Assembly (NCBI GenBank): GCA_951406725.2
Contig: OX597827.1
Span: 2,666,001-2,730,000 of the forward strand
From: Octopus vulgaris
Taxonomy: Eukaryota
Reading direction: 5' to 3'
Length of the DNA: 64,000 nt
Part shown: positions 27,925 through 40,572 of the stretch, piece after piece
Layout of the letters: every line of letters begins with the position of its first letter
How positions within the stretch are numbered: the stretch's first letter is position 1
The notes under the pieces: model-generated
The model's database searches: none
What the model saw: the letters and a program-made list of their open reading frames with translations, nothing else
What the model was told of the DNA's origin: nothing
Translations under genes and position numbers: made by a program

Positions 27925-28738
27925 TAAGCAACGCACTTTCTGTAGGTGATATAAACGTGCAAGAAGCTCAGCATTCCACAGATATACATTATCTTAGTGT
28001 AATTCGCAGGTCCAAGCAGATCAGCGTGACACAAAACGTATATATAAGCGCTGGACTTCTCAATCACAGGTTACACTAAGATTCTTTCTACTATAGGCAC
28101 AAGGCTTGAAAGTTTGAGGGAAGCGACCAGTCGATTACATTGACGCCAGTGCTTAACTAATACTTGTTTTACCGACCCCGAAATGATGTAAGGCAAAAAC
28201 TTGAAGTTTATTTGACAAATATCGAATTGGAAATAATGAAAGGTTATGTCTACTAAGATTGCAGAGAACAGGCACGAACGCCTCAAAGCATTCTATTCGA
28301 GGGTTTCATTATTCTGCTAATCCACCACTCTATGTATATATGGGTGGAGGACAGCCTGTTATGCACATTTGCAAATTTGAATCGATTTTGTCAAACAAAG
28401 TCAGTTAAATCTGCCCTCACAAGTAGTGTCATCAGAATTATATGCCTGGGTAGGCAATAGTAGTCGAAGTTATGATCTTGTATTTAGAGAATCTAATAGC
28501 GATCTGTGTCTGCAAAAGTGAATCCATAAAAATTTTGTAGATAAATAACATTGAATTATGTCGAGTTAATTTACAGCAAGGAGTGGGAAAATGTAATGTG
28601 AAGGAGATTTGTCCTTCTTCAGACAAGAAATTATTTTAGGTCAATGCCGAGGGTGCGAAGAAGGAGAAGAGGGAAGCTGAAATCTGTATAAAATAATACA
28701 TTGATTTTTCGTATTTAGTGTTCTTATTTAGTAGTAAG

Positions 28739-29045
28739 AGGAGGCGCAGTGGCCCAGTGGTTAGGGCAGCGGACTCGCGGTCGTAGGATCGCGGTTTCGA
28801 TTCCCAGATGGGACGTTGTGTGTGTTTGAGCGAAAACGCGTTAAGCTCCACGAGGCTACGGCAGGGGGTGGTGGCGATCCCTGCTGTACTCTTTCGCCAC
28901 AACTTTCTCTCACTCTTTCTTCTGTTGGCCTGCTCGCATAGCTAGCGGGGTGGCGTCATTTGAAGGCTAAAACAATGCAAAGCGCATTGTGACCAGCGGT
29001 GTGTAGCAACACCTGATAGCCTGGTGGGTCACGGTGATCACGGTG
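28739..29045 (+). mobile_element. Family D tRNA-headed SINE, tail type 1
   Basis: A box TGGCCCAGTGG, B box GTTTCGATTCC; 13-bp TSD ATTTAGTAGTAAG (28726-28738 / 29046-29058). Confidence 0.9.
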
Positions 29046-29176
29046 ATTTAGTAGTAAGGACAGGTTTTTGCGGGGAAAATATGTTTTCTTAATTTGACAC
29101 AAGAATAATTTTAGAAAGGAGGAAAATTTACTCTTAAAAGAACTGACAGTAATTCATTCCGCCCTCTACAAGCTGT

Positions 29177-29539
29177 GTGGAGGCGCAACGGCCTAGTGGC
29201 TAGGGTAGCAGACTCGTAGTTTCGATTACTAGACCGGGTGTTGTGAGTGTTTATTGAGCGAAAACACCTAAAGCTCCACGAGACTTCGGCAAGGGGTAGT
29301 GGCGAACCCTGCTCTCACCACAACTTTCTCTCACTCTTTCTTTCCGTTTCTGTTGTACATGTATTCGAAAGGGCCAGCCTTGACACACACTGTGTCACAC
29401 TGAATCTCCCCGAGAACTACGTTAAGGGTACACGTGTTTGTGGAATGCTCAGCCACTTACACGTAAATTTCATGAGCAGGCTGTTCCGTTGATCGGTTCA
29501 ACTAGAACCCTCGTCGTCTCAACCGACGGAGTGCCACGA
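29177..29539 (+). mobile_element. Family D tRNA-headed SINE, tail type 2
   Basis: Same head and body as 28739 up to CACAACTTTCTCTCACTCTTTCTT, then an unrelated tail; TSD TACAAGCTGT/TATAAGCTGT. Confidence 0.85.
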
Positions 29540-30036
29540 TATAAGCTGTATATATTGTCGTAACCTCAGCCAAGCAGGAACAGCGGAGCATCTCTCCCTA
29601 GTCGGTCAACATTATAGAAATAGCAGTCAACAGAGAGAGGCTTTGGAGCTCACAGAAACCAAGAAGAGATCCTGTCAACAAATTCAAATTACAAAATGCA
29701 GTTTCATTTCTCATCATTTTGGCTTCTATGTTTCGTTTTCATCATCTTCATCATCATTTTACATTCGTTTTTCCATGCTTGCAGGGTCTGAGATGAGCCC
29801 TCCCCAACACATCCTGCTATTTGTGTTGCTTCGTCTTCTCCTTTATGAGTTTCACTACCCTACTATCGTTTTCTTTTTACCCCAATTCATCTAACATTCT
29901 TCTCTTTCACAAGCTCCATGCACTTTAAGTTAGTGGCAAAACTAGGGATAGATGGTCGGGTAGAATACCCAGTACCTTACTTCAAATCATGATTGTAACC
30001 AAACGAAAGCACTAACCAATTTCATAGTACCGCCTT

Positions 30037-30171
30037 CTCATGTGAAATACACAACCCTGTGGTACCTCCTCATGTGAAATACACAACCCTATGGTACCTC
30101 CTCGTGTGAAATACACAACCCTATGGTACCTCCTCGTGTGAAATACACAACCCTATGGTACCTCCTCATGT
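30037..30171 (+). repeat. 32-bp minisatellite, 4.2 copies (CTCATGTGAAATACACAACCCTATGGTACCTC)
   Basis: Direct reading; units differ from this unit by 0-1 nt. Confidence 0.95.
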
Positions 30172-30294
30172 AAAAAATGGTACCTAGATACTGTTAAACT
30201 CAATGAGGTAGTTGTTCTGTGTGGGATCTCGACAGGCTAGAAATAGCAAGGAAATCTTCCTTAAACCACACCCTGCGATCTTGAAAAGGAGAAA

Positions 30295-30447
30295 GTGGTT
30301 GTGTAACAAGAAACTTGCTTTCCAACCACATGGTTCCGGGTTCGGTCGCACGCCGTGATACCTTCTATTTTTTGCCTAAGGCTGATCAAATCCTTGTGAG
30401 TGAATTAGGTAGATGGAAACTGTAAGAAACCCGTAGTATGTGTGTGT

Positions 30448-30498
<51 letters not shown>

Positions 30499-30667
30499 TG
30501 TGACCGTGTTTGTGACGCACCACCGTTTCATAACCGGTTTGTGAGCTAACGTCCATGTAACTTAGCAGTTCGGGAAAAGAGACTTAAAGAACAAACAAAT
30601 AAATACTGGGGTGGGATTCTTCAAAGCGGTGCCCCAGCATGGCCGCTGTCAAATGACTGAAACAAGT
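30295..30667 (+). mobile_element. Family B SINE, diverged
   Basis: AACCACATGGTTCCGGGTTC...GTAGATGGAAACTG...GCATGGCCGCTGTCAAATGACTGAAACAAG. Confidence 0.8.
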
Positions 30668-30955
30668 GAAATGTTTTGGCAATGGACTTTGGGATACACG
30701 ATTCCCGAAAAATGAAATGACAGGATGGCCATGGATGGCCATGCCCTTTAACTGTAAGTCTTCTCTGATCATGACAAACTTGTGCCAAACATCATCATTA
30801 TCGCCAATGACAACCATTACGACGACAGGAATTGTACAGTTGAAAATTTAAATATCTTTGCCATGGTTACTCGCGAAGACAAGTGGACAAGACTCCACCC
30901 ATATTTCTTTGATTCGTAGACACCCGACCAAACTCGGCCATCAATAATAATGATG

Positions 30956-31025
<70 letters not shown>

Positions 31026-31125
31026 TTAATAATAATAATAATGATAATAATAATAATATTTGCTATAATATTTAGGAAATTCATTACATTGTCTTTGTCG
31101 TTGTTGATGACGACGATGACGTTGG

Positions 31126-31170
<45 letters not shown>

Positions 31171-31173
31171 AGG

Positions 31174-31235
<62 letters not shown>

Positions 31236-31238
31236 GTC

Positions 31239-31279
<41 letters not shown>

Positions 31280-32022
31280 GGTGATGATGATGATGATGAT
31301 GATGATGTCGTCGTTGTTCTTTTCATTTTATTCCACCTTATATTTATTTATTTATTTATTTATTTACACTTATTTTATTTTACTTTTATTTTTCGTTTTC
31401 ATTTTTACCTCAGTTTCAATGGGTTTGTTAGCTGCAAATACTGCAAATACTGCAAATACTGCAAGCAATGCAAAGTATATTGACTTTATTTCAGTCACCT
31501 CAATATCCAGGCCCTTAGACATACACACACACACACACACACACACACTGAAGGAGAGAGAGAGAAGGGGGGAGAGAGGGAGAGAGAGACGGAAGGTGAG
31601 AGAAAGGAAAACGAGGAAAGAAAGATAGAGATGTGCACAGCGACGACACCATCGCATACACAAGTGCAAGGACAAGAGACATCATCATACACACGTAAAA
31701 ATAGACGCATACACACACTCACACACACACACAAACACACACACACACACACACACACAAATACACACGTAAACACATTTACACTTTCACAAACGCATAG
31801 GAACATACTCTTAACTACAGGCACATACAAACACACGCGCAGACACTCAGTCACATATACACAAACACGCGCGCGCACACACGCATACACACACACACAT
31901 ACACACACACACATACACATAAACACAAATACACGCACATTCATTTAGACAAGCATTTACACGTACATTTAAACACACACTCAGACACATTTCTTTTCAC
32001 CCACAAACATGAGCATATTAAC

Positions 32023-32029
32023 TAGTAGC

Positions 32030-32067
<38 letters not shown>

Positions 32068-32074
32068 CAGCAGC

Positions 32075-32109
<35 letters not shown>

Positions 32110-32119
32110 CAGCAGCAGC

Positions 32120-32181
<62 letters not shown>

Positions 32182-32270
32182 GTGATGGTGATAGCAGTAG
32201 TAGTAGTAGTAGTAGGTGATGATGGTGGTGGTAGCAGTAGTAGTAGTAATAGTAGTAGTAGGTGATTATG

Positions 32271-32304
<34 letters not shown>

Positions 32305-32400
32305 CAGCAGCAGCAGCAGAAGTAGTGGGTGATGATGGTGATGGAGGTGGTAGTAATAGTAGCAGTGTAGGTGGTGATGGTAGTAGTAGTAGTAGTAGCA
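32023..32400. repeat. (TAG)n/(CAG)n/(GGT)n microsatellite
   Basis: Direct reading. Confidence 0.95.
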
Positions 32401-32514
32401 GAAGCTTCTACACGAAATTGTTACTAATATATTGATGTGTAAGAACAGGAGAAAAGTTTTACCTTTTCTTTTTTCCAGAAAACTTAAATGAAAGAAAATA
32501 AAGATATCTTCTAT

Positions 32515-33080
32515 TTTGTGAAGATCGCTGCCTAAATTTATCTAAAAATTTATTTTATTTTTATTTAATCAAGACTATGGCCTGAATAACCTTGTTATTA
32601 TATTCAAAATGTGATCTGACAAAATCTGCTTTAATGTTACCCCAAATCTGTGACCTGGTATGACCTAGCATGACCTGGCTGATATTATACTAAATATATG
32701 ACCTAATTTTATGAAGATCAATGCCTAATTAATTTTCTCTTTTTTTTAAAATCTAATCAAGGCTGGCCTGAAGGACCTTGTCGTTGGTATACTCAAAATG
32801 TGATCTGACAAAGCCTGTTTCAATGTTATACCAGAACTCTGACTTGGCATGACCTAGTATGACCTGGGTGATGTTATACTAAGTGTATGACCTAATTTTA
32901 TGAATATCAATGCTTAATTTTTAAAAAAAATATCTAACCAAAACTATTGCCCTAAGGACCTTGTCATTATTATACTCAAAATGAGATCTGACGTAACCTG
33001 TTTTAATGGTATACCAAAACTGTGACTTGGCATGATCCGGCATGATCTGAATGATGTTACTACCAAACATATGACTTAAC
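32515..33080 (+). repeat. Tandem triplication of a ~186-bp unit containing TGACCT arrays
   Basis: Anchor TCAAAATG(T/A)GATCTGAC at 32604, 32793 and 32976 (spacing 189 and 183). Confidence 0.9.
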
Positions 33081-33694
33081 ACGACTGGTTGAAGGTCGCT
33101 GAAGCTCCCAGAAACTGTCGCCACAACATTACTTTGTCAAATATGGAACTGATGTTAGAAAAACCCAAGTAGGTGGTTCCGTTAATACCTGAAATTTAGT
33201 GTCGACCAAATACAATATATCGTCTACAAAGAAGTTTTGTACTAATATTGGTATTATCGAAAGGAATATGATTCATAATTTAAATAAGGAAATTTGTGAA
33301 CTTTGAATGTATAAGAGTATAAACAAGCGTAAAACAGTGTAAACAACTAAAATAAAAGTATATCTAAATACTATATTTTCTTAATACTTTTTATGTAGTG
33401 GTCGAAGGAAGCTCTGGCTTTCATTAGGAGTGGTTCATATAACCATTCATGATGCAGAGGTTGGGAGCTTATTTCAGCTCGGGAGTGAATCGTCATCACA
33501 TGTCACTTAGTCACAAACACATCATACAGCTGCAATAGAATGCTGCATCACCAACGATTATGTGATTTATCTAAGACATCACCCAGTAATCTATTAAAGT
33601 CCATTTACGCATACAGCTGGTATGACTTCTCTCCCTCATTTTATGCCTTCATCGTAGATAGGTAGATTTGCTAATGTCTGTAAATATTCATATA

Positions 33695-33750
<56 letters not shown>

Positions 33751-33834
33751 CATATATATACATATATATATGCCTATATATATATGCATATATATATGTA
33801 TGTATATATATATATGCATATATATATGTATGTG

Positions 33835-33915
<81 letters not shown>

Positions 33916-34669
33916 GTATATATATATACATATATATATATGCATATATATATATATATATTCTATATGCATATATGTATACTACACACACACATGCACA
34001 CAAGCACACTCACACACACACACACCTACATACACACCCACATACACACGTATACATGCCGCATGCAATATGCTCACTCCCGGGCATATATCCAGTAACG
34101 TGTCTTCCACATGACATTCCCTTGCGGGAAAGAAAGAATAAATATAGATCGAAAATAGAAAAACATATAATTAAAATATACTTCAGTGAAATGAACTAAT
34201 TTCCTTTCTTCTAAATTAGAATATTTCTGAACAAAAGTTCATGAACAAATAAACAAATAATAGATTTTCAAAATGATAAGAAAAAGAAATTTTTTCTCTT
34301 TCTGTTTTTGTTTATTTGTTGTTTACTTTGTTTTGTTCTTGCTGACATATTTGTCTAGGTTTTTTATTGCTGTTCTTTTTTCTTTCAATATTTGCGTTCG
34401 ATAATCTTATTGTTGTTGTTGTTGTTGTTTGCATCTATAGATACATCTCTGTACACACACAGACATACACACACACATATATATATATACGCAAATATGA
34501 ATATATACATACACACACATATATATATTCATTTACATATATATATAAATACATGTACATATATGCCTATACATATATATACATAAATATAAACATGTAT
34601 ACATATATGTATGCATATATATATATATATGTACATATATATGCGTACATATATACATATATATATATA

Positions 34670-34706
<37 letters not shown>

Positions 34707-34789
34707 GTAACATATATACATATATACATATATGTACACACATATATATATGCATATATATGTACATATATATACATGTATATACACAC

Positions 34790-34850
<61 letters not shown>

Positions 34851-34945
34851 TATATATATACACATATATATACATATACACATATATATATATACACATA
34901 TACATACATTTATATGTACATGTATATATACATACATATATATAT

Positions 34946-35175
34946 ACATTATTTACATTTGACGCATATTTGTCCTCATTTTGTTTGTTGTTAGCACAAC
35001 GTTTCGGCTGATATACCCTCCAGCCTTCTTCATGTGTCTTGGGGAAATTTCGAACCTGGGTTCTCATTCCTAAGGTATTTTTCGATGTTCCTCTTCTTAT
35101 TAATACTATCATTCATGTCACTGCCTGGAATCGAACTCGGTATCTTGAGGCTAGTAGCCCACGCTCTTAACCACT
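34946..35175 (-). mobile_element. Family F SINE: tRNA-like head plus PLE-type hammerhead-containing tail
   Basis: AGTGGTTAAGAGCG...GAGTTCGATTCC...ATCGAAAAATACCTTAGGAATGAGAACCCAGGTTCGAAATTT...ACACATGAAGAAGGCTGGAGGGTATATCAGCCGAAACGTTGTGC; homologous to 63805-64000(+); 3' end runs into (TA)n. Confidence 0.8.
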
Positions 35176-35869
35176 TCTTCTTGTTCTTCTCCTCCTCCTG
35201 CTCTTTGCCAAGAATTCACATCGACTACGAACCCACATGAGTAAACAAGAGACACAGAGACAGGCAGAAACAAGGAAAATGCCCCTTGTATTTGAATACT
35301 ATGCAAATATTCTTTTACAAAACTTTTCATTTAACTTTTCCAAACTTTGTTTCCCATACATACAGTTGAAAAAGTCTCAATGGCCGAAACCGGTACTGAA
35401 ATGTTTTTTATAAAATTATTTTTGCATTTTCTACATTGACTTTTTTCCAAATATATACACATATATATATATACACATATATATATACATATATATACAC
35501 ATATATATATACATATATATATATACACACATATATATATATACACACACATATATATATATTAGGGTTAAGTATTCGAAATTAAGCATATGTTGAGTAA
35601 ATACTGCCGATATTTCTTTCGACCTTCGAACAATTATATCAGCTCGCCCCCTTTTGCTTTCAGCGTAATAATTACTTCTAATTTTGGTACAAAACCAGGA
35701 ATTTTGAGGAGAGGGATAAGGTGAGAATATCGACTCCAGTGCTTAACTGGTACGTATAAAGTACTGGCCCCGAAAAGACGAAAGGCAAAGCTGACACTGG
35801 CGGCATTTGAACTGACGGTTTAAACTTAATAAACCTTTCTACTATAGGCACAAGACCTGAAATTTTACT

Positions 35870-36486
35870 GAACGAACGTGTTTTTTTGCTGCTCTCGTTT
35901 AATTGTAGGTTTTCCTTTATGAGATTATCGCTGTTTTTTTTTTTTTAACTGTTAAACAACTTTTATTCTGTTTTCTGTGTCTTTTGGACACATTGCCTGC
36001 TTTAGGAAGTTCGTTTTTTGTGCGAATTCCCCCTGCTTAGGGACGAATTGTGTCCCTTTGTGGAAAAGATTTTATGGACTACATGGAAGTTGACGCCTCC
36101 CAATATGTAATTCCAGACTTCCTCTTGGAGGAATTGTGCGAACAAATGTTATTCTTCCTCCCATTTTGCCAAACGACGGAAGAGAAAAACATATCGTTGA
36201 ATTGTAATGGAAAAATGGTAATGGAAAAATGAGCTACGCGTCCGTGGCCGGCGTCACTAGCGAAACAGTGCAAATCGGCCCGGGTGAGCTTGAAAAATAT
36301 AAAAGCGTATTGCAGAGGGAAGGAGCGAACATGAAGCTGACCCCCCCCCAAAAAAAAAAAGAAGTGATGTACAACACAAAACGCAAAACAATAGTTTACA
36401 GAACGCTGTCTCAGGCAACAAAAAGGATAGAGATGGCATCTAAAGATGCCGTCGAAAAATGCCTTCAACCAATTTGCAGCTTCTAG
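35870..36486 (+). mobile_element. Probable 5' UTR and ORF1 start of an L1/Tx1-type LINE
   Basis: T-rich leader, then MSYASVAGV... (SYAxV motif typical of Tx1/L1-like ORF1 N-termini); truncated by a SINE at 36487. Confidence 0.5.
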
Positions 36487-36839
36487 GCGTTTTCACTCAA
36501 TAAACACACACAACGCCCGGTCTGGGAATCGAAACCGCAATCCTCCGACCGTGAGCTCGCTGCCCTAACCACTGGGCCATTGCGCCTCCACTTGCGCTCT
36601 TTTAAAGCCTAACCAGACTCATGGGCCCGGTTTCCCGGTTTCAATGGCGTATGTGTTCCCCAGCAGGACGAGATGCCAGTCCATCGCAGCGTTACTCATT
36701 TTTGCCAGCTGAGTGGACTGGAGCAACGTGAAATGAAGTGTTTTGCTCAAGAACTCAACGCGTCGCCCGGTCCAGGAATCGAAACCACAATCTTACGATC
36801 ATGGTGCTGACTCCCTAACCACTAAGCCACGCGCCACCA
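36487..36839 (-). mobile_element. Family E CORE-type SINE (36595-36839) followed by a family D head (36487-36590)
   Basis: E: GGCGCGTGGCTTAGTGG...GTTTCGATTCC...TTGAGCAAAACACTTCATTTCACGTTGCTCCAGTCCACTCAGCTGG, second copy at 40345-40572(-). The D head matches 28739. Confidence 0.85.
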
Positions 36840-36900
36840 CTCATCTGACACTAAATCATGCTAAAAACAAAAAACAAAATACCTCTCTCACTCTCACCAT

Positions 36901-36944
<44 letters not shown>

Positions 36945-38448
36945 CTTCCACTCTTTTCTGTGGAGGACAAAAACACCTTTCTGGAGTCAAGTTTTCATTG
37001 ATGATTTCTCAACTTGTCTCTTTTCTTTTTATTCTTCTCTTCTCTCCTTCCCACCTGCGCAACATTCTCTATACGTTATTTCTCTCTCTTTGCTTATCCC
37101 TCTTTATTACTGCGTCTTCCCTCTCACTACCGCCCGTTTCTTGCTCTTTTACATTCGCTCTGTTCTCCCCCCACCACCACCCAACATTCTCGCTTTACCT
37201 TTGCCTGTCTTCATTGTCCCCTTCGCCTCCTACCACACACACCAGTCCACTGTCCTGTTACTTTCTCTTTTTGTTACAATTTCTCATCCCCGCCACCAAT
37301 TCTCCCGCTCTTACTCTCTATCTTCCTCTCTCTCAACCACTTTTCTCCGCTCCCACCAACACAAATCCCCCCCCCCCACAGCTTTTCTCTGCCTTTCTTC
37401 CCTTCTTCACCTGCACCACACTCTCTTCCTAAATAAAACGTTAACAAATTTAAACCTCCTTTCTCAAGGTAAGTTTATGTCTCTTTCTGCTGTAATTTTT
37501 TATTTTTCTGTGAATGTAATTTTGTAGTTGAGATATGCTGTTCGAACAAGTCAGTCACATTCCGTTTTTTGTACAGTTCGATGCCTTCCCCCTCCCCCTT
37601 GTGTAATGTAAATTCTTCAACTGTGAAAGAACAACCAGTTCTGTTTTCTAGTTTGTCTGGTTGAGCCAAATAGGCAGCCAAACAGTCTCGTGTGCATGTA
37701 TTCCTCACGAATGCACAAGTGTGATTCCCATATCAATATTCGAACCTTTGACCTCTGGGCATTCAGCTTGATATGTTAACAATTCTACCAAATGTTATTC
37801 TATTCGGGAAATTGAAGTAAATAAATAAATAAACATGAATAAAAGACAGTATAAGCGAAGTTATCTAAACATACTTCACGTCTTGTAAAAGTTTCTTGTG
37901 TAAAGGTTTCTCGGCGCAGATATGGCTCCGTGGTTAAATTCATTCAGGACAAACCAACTCGTAGTTTCGCGTTCACTCCCACCTAAAGGCACTTTAAGGC
38001 AAGTGCATTTTATTATAAACTCTGGTCGACCGAGGATTTGTGAGTAAAATTTAGTAGCCAGAAACTGTGTGGAAGTTCGAAGGGTAGTTTTCTGTTTTGT
38101 GGTAATAAACCTAATCCGTTACTTAGATTAAATACCATACACACGTGGCCCATAGTATCCTGTGGAAACCCTTTATTGCAAAATTTGGGACCAGGTTTGT
38201 GGTCTGCGAATAATTCCTACCCCCCCCCCCCCCTAACCAATGTCAGAGGCCGTGCAAAGTGTTATTGGCGTCGCCCGCTATCTACTGTAAAATTCCTGCA
38301 TTTAATAAGAAGAAAACATGGATTCTATCGCTTCGAAGGAGCTAAATTTAAGCTACAAAAATAGCAATGGTGGTCCTGAAATGTCAATGTTCCGTTTTCT
38401 GCACAGTTGACTACTTTAATATTTAGTTTAAAACAAACGTTGGAGCAA

Positions 38449-38486
<38 letters not shown>

Positions 38487-39138
38487 TAATAATATCAAAG
38501 GGTAATCAGAAATGTCCATTACCAGTGGCCTAGCGTGTAAAAAGTTTAGTCAATAAACTATATGTTATTCATATAAATACAGTGTACAGTAAAACCATTG
38601 GTCCAGGAAATAGATGGTAAATGTTTTTATTTTTCATTCCCTTCGAAATTTTATCCCTAGTAGTGGTTTGGAATTTAACTGTCCTTTCTAGCGTGCAAGG
38701 AATCCTATGATGGATACCTCTTATGTATTTAAATGTACACTGTATTTATATTTATATATATATATATACGTGTGTGTGTGTGTGTGTGTGAAGACGCATG
38801 GTCTTGCGGATTGTGGTTTCAATTCCTAGATCAGGTGGAACGGTGTGCTCTTGAGCAAATCACTTCATCCCACGTTCCTCTGTGATCATTTTGACACCTA
38901 ACGTATGGTACACCTGTTCAGGCAACGCCTATTTGATTGGGGGATTGAGCTAATGTACAGCAAATACATTTGATCGCAGGTCGTTCGGCAAAAATAGAAC
39001 ACTCCTATTTCGACGGGAGGGGCCATTATATATATATATATATATATATATAATTATTTTATTTATTAGGAAATAAAAAAAAATCCCGGCGTCACAGGGA
39101 TTCAAATAAAATGAATTATTCTTGATAAGGAAATATAT

Positions 39139-39918
39139 GTTATTTAGAAGTCCCCATGCAATTCATCCGATCCTAATCTACATCACACCATATAATAGAA
39201 TCTTATTTTAATACTTACTACAACAGCTGTCAGCTGAATCTATGATAAAGATGATACGGCCAACTGGACTGGCAGAGGAAGGTAAGGAATATTCTTACTG
39301 TACGGTTGCAGTACTGAAAGAGTGTGTTTGGAGAACGAGAATGGAAGGTTCGGTGAAAGGGTCCTTCATCTCTGGCCCCGGTTTGCTGTCCTACTTCAGA
39401 TACCATCTGAAGAGCAAGAAGGGGTTGAAGAGGAGGACCCTGCCACTGAGAGAATACCAGAAACGATGGAAGGATGTGATGAGAAAGGTGGGTGTTAGTA
39501 ACCCAGCTTAATCATTGACGAAAGGAAAAGATCGTTGCTGGGCCTTATAGGCTGCCGGGTTCGATCCTTTAATCTTTTTGTTCGTTTTTCTTTATTTGTT
39601 TTCGTTTTATTTTGAAAAAAAAAAGTTCTAGTTAAAGGAAAATTTAATCTTTATATAAAATATTTTTTAAGTAAATTTTTAACATGTAACTCATTCGAAC
39701 TCATGTAACATTTTTGTCTTTTGTTTGTCCTGTATTGTCCCATTCTGTATAAGATCGTCATGGTCACAATAAAGATTCCATTTTAATACTTACTAAACAT
39801 TTCTAAATTTCTCTGTAACACGTGAAATTTAGAAATGATTAGTAAAATAAAATTCTATTATATGATGTGATGTATATTAGGATCTGATGAATTGCATGGG
39901 GACTTCTATCTCTAAATA

Positions 39919-39920
<2 letters not shown>
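39139..39920. repeat. Fold-back palindrome (~220 bp once the insert is removed) interrupted by a LINE fragment
   Basis: 39139-39210 (AGAAGTCCCCATGCAATTCATCCGATCCTAAT...) is the imperfect reverse complement of ~39842-39920; central hairpin CATTTCTAAATTTC...GAAATTTAGAAATG. Confidence 0.88.
39221..39779 (+). mobile_element. 5'-truncated L1/Tx1-type LINE 3' end with target-site duplication
   Basis: Perfect 16-bp TSD ATTTTAATACTTACTA (39205-39220 / 39780-39795). ORF ...VAVLKECVWRTR...LPLREYQKRWKDV aligns with the C-terminus at 22000-22240(-). T-rich 3' UTR ending in AATAAA. Confidence 0.88.
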
Positions 39921-39978
<58 letters not shown>

Positions 39979-39980
<2 letters not shown>

Positions 39981-40307
39981 GGCTTGGTAGTTAGAGCATC
40001 GGGCTCGCAATCACGAGGTAGTGAGTTCAATTCCTAGACCGGACCGTGTGTTGTGCTCTTGAGCAAGTTACTTTACTTCACGTTGCTCCAGTTCACTCAG
40101 CTGTAGAAATGAGTTGCGACGTCATTGACGCCAAGCTGTATCGGCCCTTGCCTTTCCCTTGGATAACACTGGTGGCGGGGAGAGGGGAAGATGGTATGCA
40201 TGGGTGACTGCAGGTCTTCCATAAACAAACTTGTCCGGATTTCTGCCTCGGAGTGTAACTTTCTAGGTGCAATCCCATGCGTATTTATGACCGAAGGGGG
40301 TCTTTAG

Positions 40308-40310
<3 letters not shown>
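39979..40310 (+). mobile_element. Family C SINE
   Basis: Highly similar to 7561-7901(-); flanked by (TA)n. Confidence 0.88.
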
Positions 40311-40344
<34 letters not shown>

Positions 40345-40346
<2 letters not shown>

Positions 40347-40572
40347 CTTTTTAAAGCCTAGCCAGGCTCATAGGCCCGGTTTCAAAGGAGTATGTGTTCC
40401 CCAGCTGGACGGGACGCCAGTCCATAGCAGCGTTACTCATTTTTGCCAGCTGAGTGGACTGGAGCAACGTGAAATGAAGTGTTTTGCTCAAGAACACAAC
40501 GAGTCGCCGGTCCAGGAATCGAAACCACAATCCTATGATGCTGACACCCTAACCACTAGGCCACGCGTCTCC
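40345..40572 (-). mobile_element. Family E SINE
   Basis: Highly similar to 36595-36839(-). Confidence 0.88.

Noticed and set aside
36743-37527. Three overlapping 140-229 aa ORFs (also 48325-49477)
   Set aside because: CT-rich low-complexity sequence depleted of stops, partly starting inside a SINE.
35870-39779. One continuous LINE from the ORF1-like start (36229) to the 3' end (39779)
   Set aside because: The 3' fragment has its own 16-bp TSD and the intervening DNA has no EN or RT motifs, so they are independent insertions.
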